Positions 28,700-39,482 of a stretch of DNA of 64,000 nucleotides are shown here, one piece after another (position 1 is the stretch's first letter; every line of letters begins with the position of its first letter). Where the stretch lies: positions 172,930-236,929 of the forward strand of contig JAWAHS010000002.1 in NCBI GenBank assembly GCA_038889075.1, in the 5' to 3' direction. A program made the position numbers and the translations under genes. The stretch is from Ignisphaera sp. GTDB lineage: Archaea > Thermoproteota > Thermoprotei_A > Sulfolobales > Ignisphaeraceae. Below the pieces are notes generated by a model. That model had not been told where the DNA came from and ran no database searches. It was given only the letters and a program-made list of their open reading frames with translations.

Positions 28700-29824
28700 G
28701 TGGAGAGGATGGTTAAATACGAATCGCTGAGCAGATTGGATGAATTTACAGGATTTTTGGAGGGTGATATGATTGACGCATTCCTAGAGGTATTCCATGT
28801 AAAATTTGGTAGCGGGACATGGGCAGCGGGACCTTTTAGCGATAGATTTATGGCTAGAGGGTACTTCCCCGGGCTATCCTCAGATATACTTTCAAAGATT
28901 GAAAGAATAAAGAAAGCAGGGATAAAGGCCTTTGTTCCCATAAACATGGAGTTTTTCGATGAAAAATTCAATGTTCAGTGGGATCTTGTTGATAAAGTTA
29001 AGGGCTATGCCGAAGCTAACGGCATGATTATTGCTGGATTTGCTATAGATCTCTCTGGAGTTCCACAGCTTAGACTCGGTACCCTAGCTAACCCTGATCC
29101 ATCTCTTAGGAGAAAATCCATGGAGATACTTATAGAGAGTATGGAGATAGCTAAGAAGTTTAATGTCGATGTAGTTTCATTTTGGCCCGGTCAAGATGGA
29201 TGGGACTATAGCTTTGAGATCAACTATGGTAAGAAAATAGCGGTTTTCCTAGATGGATTAAGGGAACTTGCTTCTGAAGCTATTAAACGAAACATGATGC
29301 TATGTATTGAAGCTAAGCTTAAAGAACCTAAGGAGGGCAACATGATTATACCAACGACGCATGCTGCAATTGTTATGGCTAGGAAACTTAATGATGAACT
29401 TGGTAGAAAGGTTGTTGGTATAACAGTCGACTATGGTCACGAACTCATGTACGCTGTTGAGCCAGCCTATACAGTATACCTTTCCCATTACTTTGATGTA
29501 CCTCTTCTGTCAATACATATAAATACAGCTAAAACCCATAGCAATGATGAGGATAGAGTTGTTGGAACGGGGGATGTATGGCAGCTTATAGACTTTCTAT
29601 ATGCAACCATAGATATTGGATACACAGGATGGTATATACTGGATCAATTCACATATAGAATGGATCCCGTAGATGGTATGAGACTATCCAAGGAATTCTT
29701 TGCTAATGCTATGAAGAAAGCTCTGGAAATCTATAGACATAGAGATGAACTTGAGAAAATCCGAGAAGCAGGAGATCAGGCAAAGGTACTCGACCTAGTT
29801 AAAAAGATACTATACAATTTCTAA
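28700..29824 (+). CDS. xylose isomerase/L-rhamnose isomerase-like aldose-ketose isomerase
   Basis: WPGQDG, EAKLKEP, DYGHE, HIN, DED, LDQF two-metal motifs. Confidence 0.8.
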   Translation: MERMVKYESLSRLDEFTGFLEGDMIDAFLEVFHVKFGSGTWAAGPFSDRFMARGYFPGLSSDILSKIERIKKAGIKAFVPINMEFFDEKFNVQWDLVDKVKGYAEANGMIIAGFAIDLSGVPQLRLGTLANPDPSLRRKSMEILIESMEIAKKFNVDVVSFWPGQDGWDYSFEINYGKKIAVFLDGLRELASEAIKRNMMLCIEAKLKEPKEGNMIIPTTHAAIVMARKLNDELGRKVVGITVDYGHELMYAVEPAYTVYLSHYFDVPLLSIHINTAKTHSNDEDRVVGTGDVWQLIDFLYATIDIGYTGWYILDQFTYRMDPVDGMRLSKEFFANAMKKALEIYRHRDELEKIREAGDQAKVLDLVKKILYNF

Positions 29825-30165
29825 CCTATACAAACCATTTTTAATTTAACTTAATATAGATAAACATAACAATATCTTTGATTTAGATCGTTTGCATTTT
29901 GCATAGCGCACTACTAGATAAACATTATTAATCATAGTGTCCTCTATGATCCAGGAACAGACTAGAGGCAATTTAGCTTAAGCTCTAACTATGTTGATCA
30001 AATTAATATTAGATGTATTAGAAAACTGTGTAGAAAATCCAATTATAGTGGTCGAGGAACTGCATATGCATATAACTATGCCCTACTGCGTCCATATTCC
30101 ATCTAGGAATTGAGTGTATAGATTTATAATTACCTCTAAAGGTATATACTTACTGGAGAGGATAT

Positions 30166-30993
30166 ATGGTGCATGAATTGGTGAAATATATTGAGGAATT
30201 TCTAAAGCTTTCTGAAGAAGAAGCTGTTAGAACACTTGTTAAGAAGGTTATGTATCCCGATTTTGATTTGGCATTTGAAAAAGCTAGAAGAATACTATGC
30301 ATAGCACCACATCCTGATGATTGCGAGGTTGGTGCAGGTGGAACAATAGCATCGCTTTCAAAAATGGGTAAGGAGGTATTTCTCGCTATAGCTACCGATG
30401 GTTCATTAGGAACCTCGGATCCAAATCTAGCACCGCAACAGCTAGCATATATTCGTATGATGGAGCAGGAGGAGGCAGGTAGGATAATAGGTGTAAAAAA
30501 GGTTATATGGTTTGGATACAAGGATGGATACATGCCATATGATCGAGAGGCTAGATCAAAATTTGTTGAAGTGATAAGAGCTCTAAAACCAGATGTTGTA
30601 CTTGCCCCAGATCCGTGGCTTTCCTATGAGGCACATCCAGATCACAGAAATACAGGACTTTTATCAGCTGAAGCGATTATGGTAACAGGTTTGCCACATT
30701 ATGTTGAGGAGGGTTCGCTAATTGGTTTAGAGCCTTGGCATGTAAGGTATGTAGCATTCTACTATACATCAAAGCCAAACTACTACTACAATATAACGGA
30801 TACAATTGATGTCAAAATGAGGGCTTTAAAAGCCCACAAGTCACAGTTTGAAGCTAATTGGAATGAATTTGAAACTCTAATAAAATTTATAGCAACCCTA
30901 TACGGCAAGAGAGTTGGCGTAGGTTATGCAGAGGCTTTTAAACTACTTCCAACGCAGCTGATTCATGCTATACCATTTGCAGAAATAATATAA
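30166..30993 (+). CDS. PIG-L/LmbE family deacetylase (diacetylchitobiose deacetylase-like)
   Basis: APHPDDC, HPDH, HKSQF, AEAF. Confidence 0.88.
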   Translation: MVHELVKYIEEFLKLSEEEAVRTLVKKVMYPDFDLAFEKARRILCIAPHPDDCEVGAGGTIASLSKMGKEVFLAIATDGSLGTSDPNLAPQQLAYIRMMEQEEAGRIIGVKKVIWFGYKDGYMPYDREARSKFVEVIRALKPDVVLAPDPWLSYEAHPDHRNTGLLSAEAIMVTGLPHYVEEGSLIGLEPWHVRYVAFYYTSKPNYYYNITDTIDVKMRALKAHKSQFEANWNEFETLIKFIATLYGKRVGVGYAEAFKLLPTQLIHAIPFAEII

Positions 30994-31183
30994 AGTACCG
31001 TTCTATGGCCATCACGATAGCGGAACATGATACATTAATTGATGAGTTGAAGATCGAGAAAGAGATATAATGATTACTTAGATGATTAAGATGAGATCTA
31101 TTTATACATCCTCTAAGCATCTTCAAGATAGACAGAAGGAAGGTCTATGATACAGTAATTCAATTTATCAAGGCGAAAATGGG

Positions 31184-31744
31184 ATGGCTACAATCGAGGC
31201 ACTATATAGTTTATGGAGATTCACGGGTATCGTAGCAGCTGTTTTAGCATGGTTTATTATACTACTCTCTATATTACAGAATCCGTGGTTCAACGTATAT
31301 AGGCATGCCCTTAGTGATTTAGGGGATTCCAGAGCCAATAAACCATGGATCTACAATATCGGATTGATAGTTATAGGTTTAATAATCTGTGTATACTCCC
31401 TCTATCTTACATATATAGCAAATAGTAAGGCTCACATTTATGCTTCAGCTCTACTCTTTATAGCAGGGATATTTCTAGCATTGATAGGGGTCTATCCAAG
31501 TGGAACGAGACCTCATACCTTTGTCTCAACATGGTTCTTCATACAGATGTGGCTAGCCTTATTAGCAACAACAATCGGTATGGTAATAGATGGGAGGACA
31601 ATTTATGCTATAGTTCTTGGAACTATGGCCATTATAGGACCGCTAGGAGCGATATTCATTAAATGGCCCTCAGTAGCTCTACAGGAGATTTTTGGAATCG
31701 TAATCATCGATATTTACATTATAATTTTAACAATGGTTTTTTAA
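31184..31744 (+). CDS. DUF998 family membrane protein
   Basis: NPWF...ALSDLG, LIGVYP...PH; hydrophobic. Confidence 0.75.
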   Translation: MATIEALYSLWRFTGIVAAVLAWFIILLSILQNPWFNVYRHALSDLGDSRANKPWIYNIGLIVIGLIICVYSLYLTYIANSKAHIYASALLFIAGIFLALIGVYPSGTRPHTFVSTWFFIQMWLALLATTIGMVIDGRTIYAIVLGTMAIIGPLGAIFIKWPSVALQEIFGIVIIDIYIIILTMVF

Positions 31745-31864
31745 ATAGAATTATACTACAACATTTCATGTCGGATACGCAATTAGAATATGCCACTGCC
31801 AGTCACTACATTCATAAGAATAAAAGTATAAATTTTTAGAAGGGTAAAGTTCTTCGGTGATGCT

Positions 31865-33256
31865 ATGGATTATAAACCGAGTTGGGAAAGCATCAGAAGA
31901 CATTATGAAATTTTCAACAGAGAATTCAGACCATCATGGTTTCATGATGTGAAAATAGGTGTTATTATCCACTGGGGTTTATACTCTGTACCAGGCTGGG
32001 CTCCTCCACTTGGTGAACTTAGTTACATTCCGGAGGTATATGGTTGGGATTTCTGGTTTAGGTACAATCCATACGCAGAATGGTATTACAATACACTAAG
32101 GATATCCGGAAGTGCCACGGCCATATTTCACGAACTTGTCTATGGTAGAGATTTTCGCTATGAAATGTTTGCCAAGATATTTGAAGAGGAGTCAAGCAAG
32201 TGGAGGTCATCTGAATGGGTTAAGCTATTTACTAAAAGTGGTATAGGATATGTGGTCTTTGTTACCAAGCACCATGATGGTTATCTTCTTTGGCCAAGTA
32301 GTGTAGTAAATCCTAGAAAGCCGAATTGGTTTTCTACAAGGGATTTTGTAGGTGAACTAGAGAGGGACTGCAGATCTTCGGGTATAAAATTTGCAACATA
32401 TTATTCAAGTGGTATTGACTGGACATTCAACACTACTATTATAGATGGCCATGAATCGTTTAAAAAAGCAGTTGTATTTGGTGACGATTATAGAGACTAT
32501 CTTAGAAAGCATTGGTATGAGCTTATAGAAAAATACAAACCCGATATACTATGGAGTGATATAGGGTATCCATTTGAGGAAGATCTACCAGAGCTATTTT
32601 CATACTACTACAATACTGTTGAGAATGGTCTTGTAAATGATAGATTTACAAAGAAGTACTACGATTTTATTACACCTGAATATAGACTCGTTACCAAGAT
32701 CTCTGATGTAAAGTGGGAGACTGTTAGAGGATTGGGCTATTCATTTGGATATAATAGAGCTGAGGGATCCGAACACAGTCTATCCTATGAAAAGCTTGTA
32801 CACCTATTAATAGATGTTATTAGCAAGAATGGCAATCTACTCTTAGGTGTTACACCAAAAGTAGATGGAACGATACCTGAACATCAAGTAGAAACACTTC
32901 TAAGACTTGGACAGTGGTTAAAGATCTATGGCGAAGCTATATATGGGACAAGACCATGGTTGCAAGCTGAAGGTATTGCAATAGGATCTGAAGATGCTAT
33001 TTCACTTAGATTTGTTAAAAAAGAGGATAAGCTATATGTATTCCTACTAGGAAAACCAAAATCTAGGAAAATAATCATAAAACCATTTGATGGTACAATA
33101 AGGGGTGGGAGCGATACACATATTGAAATGATTGGCGAGGAACCTATTAGCTGGAAGCAGACAGCTTATGGAATTGAAATTGAAATTCCAAGATATCTCT
33201 ACCCAACACCAGCCTATGTCATAAAGATAGAGCCGATACCACATATAGAGAAATAA
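31865..33256 (+). CDS. alpha-L-fucosidase (GH29)
   Basis: IHWGLYSVP, AEWY, KHHDG, LWSD nucleophile, VNDR, WE..RG...SFGY, SKNGNLLL. Confidence 0.93.
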   Translation: MDYKPSWESIRRHYEIFNREFRPSWFHDVKIGVIIHWGLYSVPGWAPPLGELSYIPEVYGWDFWFRYNPYAEWYYNTLRISGSATAIFHELVYGRDFRYEMFAKIFEEESSKWRSSEWVKLFTKSGIGYVVFVTKHHDGYLLWPSSVVNPRKPNWFSTRDFVGELERDCRSSGIKFATYYSSGIDWTFNTTIIDGHESFKKAVVFGDDYRDYLRKHWYELIEKYKPDILWSDIGYPFEEDLPELFSYYYNTVENGLVNDRFTKKYYDFITPEYRLVTKISDVKWETVRGLGYSFGYNRAEGSEHSLSYEKLVHLLIDVISKNGNLLLGVTPKVDGTIPEHQVETLLRLGQWLKIYGEAIYGTRPWLQAEGIAIGSEDAISLRFVKKEDKLYVFLLGKPKSRKIIIKPFDGTIRGGSDTHIEMIGEEPISWKQTAYGIEIEIPRYLYPTPAYVIKIEPIPHIEK

Positions 33257-33533
33257 GAAGTACATCCAATTCTACGTTTTTAAAGTTGTTATTTGTGGAT
33301 TAAAAGGCCTCTATCCCAAGGTGGAGATAAAGGCTTCCAAATTAACGTGTATCTAGCTGTATTCTTAGGATGGTTAGGTAAGGTAAGGATAGAGCATGTT
33401 ATCTTAATCCAACTCCCTAGCTAGGAGTGTGCTGTCTGGGACTGGATGTAGTATCAGATTCTCATTAAAGATAGTGCAATTTAAATTGAGTAGGAGTTGT
33501 ACAGAGATTCGATTAAATTTCTACTTAATTTAA

Positions 33534-35381
33534 CTAGATGGATTGGAGTTGATTATAGAATTGATCTGATACACGTTTTACATCCTCTATCGATGCAGTG
33601 ATTTTCTTTATATTCAGTTTAAGTCTCCTTATTATCAGTGGATTTTTATACCTTCTATCGGCAAGGATTATAAGAGCATGATCATTTTCAGATCTTATTG
33701 CTCTTCCTATCGCTTGCATAACCCTAGTTATAGCCACTTCCGTATAGTAATCTACTTTTAAGTCTTCCCTATCTTTTGTATTCCTTAAAATCGTTTTTAT
33801 ATAATCATCAGGCTGAGGATAGGGCATGCCTATTGCAATAACGCATTTTATTATACTTTCACCATCCTTTACAAGTTCAACGCCTTCTGCAAGCCTTCCA
33901 CCAGCAATTGTATGGAGTATGGCATCTTCCTTCGAAAATAGCAGATTTCTTATGATTGGAAGAGGTTCTCCACCATCGATAACCGAATTATTAGAACGGT
34001 TAAGATATTTCAGTATACTCCACATAACCTCATAGCTTGGGTAGATAACCATGGTAACCCACCTTTTGTTATTACCGTGAACCTTCTCAATGAGTTCAGC
34101 ATACACTCTATACATGTATTCATCTCTGGCTCTATAGCTTGTAGTAGAACCTGCGAATATCAATGTATATGAATTTTCACGAATATAGTTTGGAGCTCCA
34201 AATTCTTCAACATCGATATCCGCAATATCTCCTCTGACAGAGACTACATGGCTGAGAAATTCCTTTGAAGGAGGAGTGCCACTCATCATGATAACAAGTT
34301 TGAACTGTTCAAGCATTTTTCTGAGAGGATCGAAAGAAACCGGCAATGCATGCAGCTCTACTTCAGCATTAAATGATGTTAAGGCAAATAAGTCAAAGTC
34401 TTCTTGGAAGAGGGTCTCTAGAAATTTTGAAGTATACAAAATCTTTAAATCCGTAGCCATAACCTTATCTACAGAGCTTCCAATGGTAGATACTATCTCC
34501 ATAGCTATATCAGTTGCAATTGATGAAATTCTCTCTACCAGCGATTTCTCTAATCCAATTCCATCCTTACCAATGTATTTAAAGCCTCTACCATCAACTC
34601 TAATCATTCCTAGCATACTTAATATATCAATAACGTCTTTTTCGTCAGATCTGTATTTTAGAATCTCTTCAATAGCATTTCTAATTGAATTGAGTTTGAT
34701 GGAATCACCCATGATGCCTCCAATATTGTGGATATTATGGGCTTCATCAATTATAAGGAGTGTCTTCTGGGGATTTATATGGGAGAGGGTTGATAGCAAT
34801 ATACGTTCTTTGAATAGATATGGATAGGTTGCTATTGTTAGATATGTATGGTTTGAAAGTGATAATAGGGAGAAGTAGGGACATACACCAGCTTTGCTTG
34901 ATAGGTTTCTAGCTATTGTAAAGTGGTCTTCAGAGGCATTGACGATTCTCTTAATAACCTCTATAGACGATCCAATCGCTCTACTATAGTATTGGCACCT
35001 ACCTTGAATTCTAAGAATGGAGCAGAACGTCCAGAAGCCTTCATTAGATACGGCTTTATCTACAGCATATGGACACATTCTTCTACCACTGTAGAGTACT
35101 GTAAACTCTACACCAATATTCCTAGCTTCCCTTATAACAGGGTCGAGCTCATTTCTAGTTCTAACCAAATACAGAATTCTATCAACATCACCCCTTTCAA
35201 CTATTTTAATAGCTGAGTAGAGTACCGATACCGTCTTTCCAAAACCAGTTGGAGCACAAATGTTGATAATGGACATCCTTTTACTAGAATTTAGTATAGC
35301 ATTCACCAACTCGAGTTGGCCAATCCTTGCTATCTTATATGGAAAAGTATAGATCTTTTCATAATCCATGGGATACAGCAT
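33534..35381 (-). CDS. xpd: XPD/DinG family Fe-S DNA helicase
   Basis: APTGFGKT, four Cys (MCP, FCS, RCQ, VCPYF), DEAH, SGT, QAIGRAIR; start may be 35369. Confidence 0.85.
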   Translation of the reverse strand: MLYPMDYEKIYTFPYKIARIGQLELVNAILNSSKRMSIINICAPTGFGKTVSVLYSAIKIVERGDVDRILYLVRTRNELDPVIREARNIGVEFTVLYSGRRMCPYAVDKAVSNEGFWTFCSILRIQGRCQYYSRAIGSSIEVIKRIVNASEDHFTIARNLSSKAGVCPYFSLLSLSNHTYLTIATYPYLFKERILLSTLSHINPQKTLLIIDEAHNIHNIGGIMGDSIKLNSIRNAIEEILKYRSDEKDVIDILSMLGMIRVDGRGFKYIGKDGIGLEKSLVERISSIATDIAMEIVSTIGSSVDKVMATDLKILYTSKFLETLFQEDFDLFALTSFNAEVELHALPVSFDPLRKMLEQFKLVIMMSGTPPSKEFLSHVVSVRGDIADIDVEEFGAPNYIRENSYTLIFAGSTTSYRARDEYMYRVYAELIEKVHGNNKRWVTMVIYPSYEVMWSILKYLNRSNNSVIDGGEPLPIIRNLLFSKEDAILHTIAGGRLAEGVELVKDGESIIKCVIAIGMPYPQPDDYIKTILRNTKDREDLKVDYYTEVAITRVMQAIGRAIRSENDHALIILADRRYKNPLIIRRLKLNIKKITASIEDVKRVSDQFYNQLQSI

Positions 35382-35405
35382 CCCTGGAATGCTGTCGATT
35401 TATCG

Positions 35406-36404
35406 CTATGAAATACTGATGCCAAGTTCCCTTTTCAAATGCTTGAGAGCTTCGATAACAACACTGAGTTTTTCTAAGGCTACTCTATACTCCTTTTCTT
35501 CATCTCCTAACAATCCTCTTAAGCCTCCGAAACCACAGTCTCCGGAGACCAAATCTATTCTACTACCTATCTTTTCATATAGCCTTTTAAGTATATTAAG
35601 TGATTCCTCAATGCTTTCCACAGTAGGTTTAGATGCGCTTACTATACCAGGTGATATTATCTTGTCATACTTTTCTAAGAGAGTTTTATCGAGAATGTCC
35701 ATGTTTTTTGGATTTGAATAGAATTCAAAGCTATAGTATTTGATTCCATCAATCTGAACTATAAGGTCGAAAAGCCTTTTATTTAGAGGACCACATATAT
35801 GAATGCCAACCTCGGATCCAGATGCCTTCTTAGCCAAATTGCTGAGAATTTCTATAATCGTATCTTCCGTCCATCCAAATAGTATTCTCTTACCAACTAA
35901 AAGGATAAGGCTTGGTTCATCAAAAAATACTATACTGTAACCAATATCTTTGATAAAGTCTATAATCTTAGAAACATACCTTTTAAAGAAGTTCTCTACA
36001 ATATACACATTCGCCATACCGGTTGCATATAATCCTCTTGAGGTATCCTCAGAGAGGTAAACCCTTGAGGCTAGTGTAAAGGCACCTGTTATAGGGGCTC
36101 TAAAACCTTTAAAAACCAATCCACTATCCTTTACAATAGACATGGCTATGTAGGCATCAGGTATTTCGATGCTAAAATTAAAATTCTGCGTCATCTGAAG
36201 CTTTTCGTATGAAGAGAAATATACGCCCTTTCTATTTTCGACTATGCCAAGGTTTTCGAGAGGCTTTAAATATATGTCGATAAAGCTTCTAAGTTGTGGA
36301 AAGGTGGGAACATCGATACCGATATCGAATAGATCAAAAAGTACGCGTCTAATGTTATTAAAATTGTAACTTAGAGGGAAGCTACCAACATGGCTAGACC
36401 TCAT
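35406..36404 (-). CDS. core (single-barrel) cobalamin-independent methionine synthase family protein
   Basis: HVGSFP, TGAFTLA, DEP, HICG, DCGFGG Zn ligands. Confidence 0.82.
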   Translation of the reverse strand: MRSSHVGSFPLSYNFNNIRRVLFDLFDIGIDVPTFPQLRSFIDIYLKPLENLGIVENRKGVYFSSYEKLQMTQNFNFSIEIPDAYIAMSIVKDSGLVFKGFRAPITGAFTLASRVYLSEDTSRGLYATGMANVYIVENFFKRYVSKIIDFIKDIGYSIVFFDEPSLILLVGKRILFGWTEDTIIEILSNLAKKASGSEVGIHICGPLNKRLFDLIVQIDGIKYYSFEFYSNPKNMDILDKTLLEKYDKIISPGIVSASKPTVESIEESLNILKRLYEKIGSRIDLVSGDCGFGGLRGLLGDEEKEYRVALEKLSVVIEALKHLKRELGISIS

Positions 36405-36679
36405 AGAGACCCCTTCAGCTACTGGGGTAAACTTAATTCAGGAGGTTATATATCTAGGAGAAAGCAAATCTTTGACGGATTTTTACATCCAAATCATATT
36501 CTATGTTTCAACTTTTAAGTATTGCTAAAATTGATGTAACTTTATAGTCATGCTATATACTTTTTACCTGCTCGGTAAACCACATAATATTGTATCTTTA
36601 GCGGTGTCGTCTTCTTTAGGTCCTAGAATTTGATAGGGTTTTTAAGTAGGTATACAGTGGGATAGTATATCGAGTGCAT

Positions 36680-38152
36680 TCAGCTAGCTCTATTATTTGC
36701 TAGTAATGGTATAGTGGCTAGTGTGGAGCCTATTAATATCCATATGGGCGAGGGTAGCGAAAATAGCAGAGGAGTTGTCAATGCTTTTGAAAATCCATAG
36801 ATCACTACTGTGTATGCTAGGATAAGTTCGCCAACTACTATGGATAGCAATGGATATACAAAGCCATTCCTTTTCCTCCGTATTGTGTTTCTCCTAGCTA
36901 TACCCACAATCGTTATTGGTGCTAGAGGAAGTAGTCCTGCAGATGATATTACCGAGAGTTCTACTATGTATCCTACCCTCATTATACTTGCTAGTGAAGC
37001 TAGTGTAAGGAGTAGAAGTACGGCTACTACTGATATTGCTTTTGAGGTTTTTTCGTTTGGATTAGTAGAGACCTTCTCATAAAGATCCCTAACAATCGAG
37101 CTTGATACAGTTAGAACAATAGAGTTTGCTGTTGATATGGCAGCTGCTGTTATACCTACGTATGCTATAGCTGCTAGAATTGGATGCGAAAGTGTTAACA
37201 TAAATGGTGTTACTAAATCTCTATTTCCTAGAAGTACACTCTCCATATCTTTTCTATTTAGAGATACATAGCTCCTAAATAACATTCCTAAGAGTACGCA
37301 TATGATAGTATATACAAAGCCGTACAGCGCAAAATATTTAACAGTCCTCATATACGCTCTTTCATCTCTAGGTATATAAAGCCTCTGTACAACCTGTGGG
37401 TTAGTTAATGCGAAGAATATCCATGGAACCGTAAGACCTATGAACATCTGGGGGCTCCACGTAAATGAAAGCAGGTTACCATTAGAGCTACTGGTAAGAC
37501 TCCTAATGAAAGTATGGTAATCTATACCACCAATTGGTAGTAGGAATGATACTATCCATATAATAATTGCAATACTCGATCCTAGCATCCATATCCCCTG
37601 AAATGCATCTGTTGTAGCAACACTCCATAGACCCGCTATAAGTATCCAGAATGCAATTGCAGTAAATGCAAATAGTATCCCATATTCGTATCCTAGAGCA
37701 ATAGAGCCGAATATCTCTCCAATACCCTTAAGCTGTGCTGCGGTATACGGCACTAATGTAAATAGATATACGAGAGCAACGGCTATACCAATAGCTTTGG
37801 AACCGTATAGATCTGATATCATTTCGGATGGACTTACCCACCCCCTTCTCCTGGCCTCATACCAGATTTTAGGTCCTATAGACCCCAATATAATAACGGT
37901 TGAAGCTAGATATACTAATTCAAAGCCTAGAGCAGCAACACCTCCTACAAATGTTAATCCAACTAAACCAACCATCATAAAAGCACTGTAGGTTGTTGCC
38001 GCATATGTCATCGCGGATAGAAATCCCCCGACCCTATAGCCTCCTACAAAGAATTCTCTAGCACCTCTACCGAGATACCTTCTGCTAAGCCATGCTACTA
38101 TAGATCCTACAATAAAAAATAGTGCTAAGATAGCTACGTATAATTCCTTCAT
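36680..38152 (-). CDS. sodium:solute symporter family protein
   Basis: ATTYSAF, TDAFQG, PQVVQR, AAAIST, RDLY; ~13 TM. Confidence 0.92.
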   Translation of the reverse strand: MKELYVAILALFFIVGSIVAWLSRRYLGRGAREFFVGGYRVGGFLSAMTYAATTYSAFMMVGLVGLTFVGGVAALGFELVYLASTVIILGSIGPKIWYEARRRGWVSPSEMISDLYGSKAIGIAVALVYLFTLVPYTAAQLKGIGEIFGSIALGYEYGILFAFTAIAFWILIAGLWSVATTDAFQGIWMLGSSIAIIIWIVSFLLPIGGIDYHTFIRSLTSSSNGNLLSFTWSPQMFIGLTVPWIFFALTNPQVVQRLYIPRDERAYMRTVKYFALYGFVYTIICVLLGMLFRSYVSLNRKDMESVLLGNRDLVTPFMLTLSHPILAAIAYVGITAAAISTANSIVLTVSSSIVRDLYEKVSTNPNEKTSKAISVVAVLLLLTLASLASIMRVGYIVELSVISSAGLLPLAPITIVGIARRNTIRRKRNGFVYPLLSIVVGELILAYTVVIYGFSKALTTPLLFSLPSPIWILIGSTLATIPLLANNRAS

Positions 38153-38340
38153 CCTACTTCACCTTTTAAAGTTCTTTCCAAAATCTTAAATCCAATAATT
38201 ATCGCAAGTAGCGTCAAAACTATCCAGTACAGAAACATCCCAAGCTCGATGGTACTTACCATCATTTCTGAAAGCCATTTAAACATTGGAATATAGAATA
38301 GCACTACGATAACTATAGCTAAGGCTATCAAGGTTTTCAC
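38149..38340 (-). CDS. small two-TM accessory protein of the symporter
   Basis: GTG 38340 after GGTGA; 63 aa; 4-nt overlap with the symporter start. Confidence 0.65.
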   Translation of the reverse strand: MKTLIALAIVIVVLFYIPMFKWLSEMMVSTIELGMFLYWIVLTLLAIIIGFKILERTLKGEVG

Positions 38341-38419
38341 TCTCAATTCACCGTTAAACGTTTGTTTAAATGAGAACAGTTTATAAGCCTTATATACAAA
38401 ATCTATGTATATGTAATAT

Positions 38420-39445
38420 ATGGTGGAAGTGGCTGGAATGGCTCCAGAGCTTTCCCAAAGAATTCTAGATCTACTCTCTAGTAACCCCAGTGGTATTCCA
38501 CAGTCACATATACACAGAGCGCTGGGTGTTTCAAAGGCATATGTAAGTATCATTTTAAAGGATATGGAGAGACGCGGCGTTATTTATAGAGATAAGGTCG
38601 GAAATTCATATATAGTTAAACTAGCTACTAAACCTAGCCAGATTGGTAGAAAATTAAAGCTTGGCATAGTATGGTCAAGCGAGTATCTATTTCTAGGACA
38701 CTTCGCTAAAGCTCTTAGAAATGTACTTGGTTTAGATCTTGCTATTACTGTATATCCCAGTGCATTACAAGCAACATCAGCTATTATTAGAGGTGAGATT
38801 GATGCTGTTCTCAGTCCATTGGTAACCCAGCTGTATGCGTATATTTCAACAAAGAGTATAGTAATAGTTGGTGGTGGTGCTGGTGGTGGTGCGATGATAT
38901 ACGAATTCCCTAGAAGTAGATCAAATATTTTAATATCGAGTGAAGCATCATCAATGGATTTATGTAGAGTGGCTGCTTTGAAAAAGGGAGCAATAGAGCA
39001 GGAGGATGTAAGATACTTTGCCACACCTAGCGAAGCAATAGAGACCATTAGAAGGGGTAAAGCAAGGTACGCAGTTTTATGGCATCCTTTAACAGAATAC
39101 GTCAAATCTATAGATCACAGTAAGGTGGTAGAGTGTAGTGAATTTGAAGAATTAAAATACTGCTGCACTCTAGCAACATCAGGGAATATGGATATAGAGA
39201 CTGTTAAAAAAATTTCAATTGTATATAGAGATTCTATAGAGGAATTCCTAAAGCAACCTTTGAGATATTTAGACTGGTACTCGTCAATAACAGGAATAGA
39301 TACGACCTTACTTAAAAAAGCACTAAATGTCTATACATATACACCGGAAATTGATGCCAGGAGCGTCTGGAGGGTTATAGAGACATTAAATTTAAATGTT
39401 CCGCAAAAAAGTAGCGTGATCAAGGCCATTCTATCGCATTTCTAA
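38420..39445 (+). CDS. HTH transcriptional regulator fused to a type-2 periplasmic-binding-like domain
   Basis: GIPQSHIHRALGVSKAYVS..L..ME.RG wHTH; C-terminal NitT/TauT-like pattern; divergent from the symporter. Confidence 0.7.
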   Translation: MVEVAGMAPELSQRILDLLSSNPSGIPQSHIHRALGVSKAYVSIILKDMERRGVIYRDKVGNSYIVKLATKPSQIGRKLKLGIVWSSEYLFLGHFAKALRNVLGLDLAITVYPSALQATSAIIRGEIDAVLSPLVTQLYAYISTKSIVIVGGGAGGGAMIYEFPRSRSNILISSEASSMDLCRVAALKKGAIEQEDVRYFATPSEAIETIRRGKARYAVLWHPLTEYVKSIDHSKVVECSEFEELKYCCTLATSGNMDIETVKKISIVYRDSIEEFLKQPLRYLDWYSSITGIDTTLLKKALNVYTYTPEIDARSVWRVIETLNLNVPQKSSVIKAILSHF

Positions 39446-39482
39446 TGTTAAACTGCATCCTGCATGTCGGTACTATTTTCAA

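Noticed and set aside
38341-38553. Long version of ORF 38149..38553
   Set aside because: Overlaps the divergent regulator; SD supports GTG 38340
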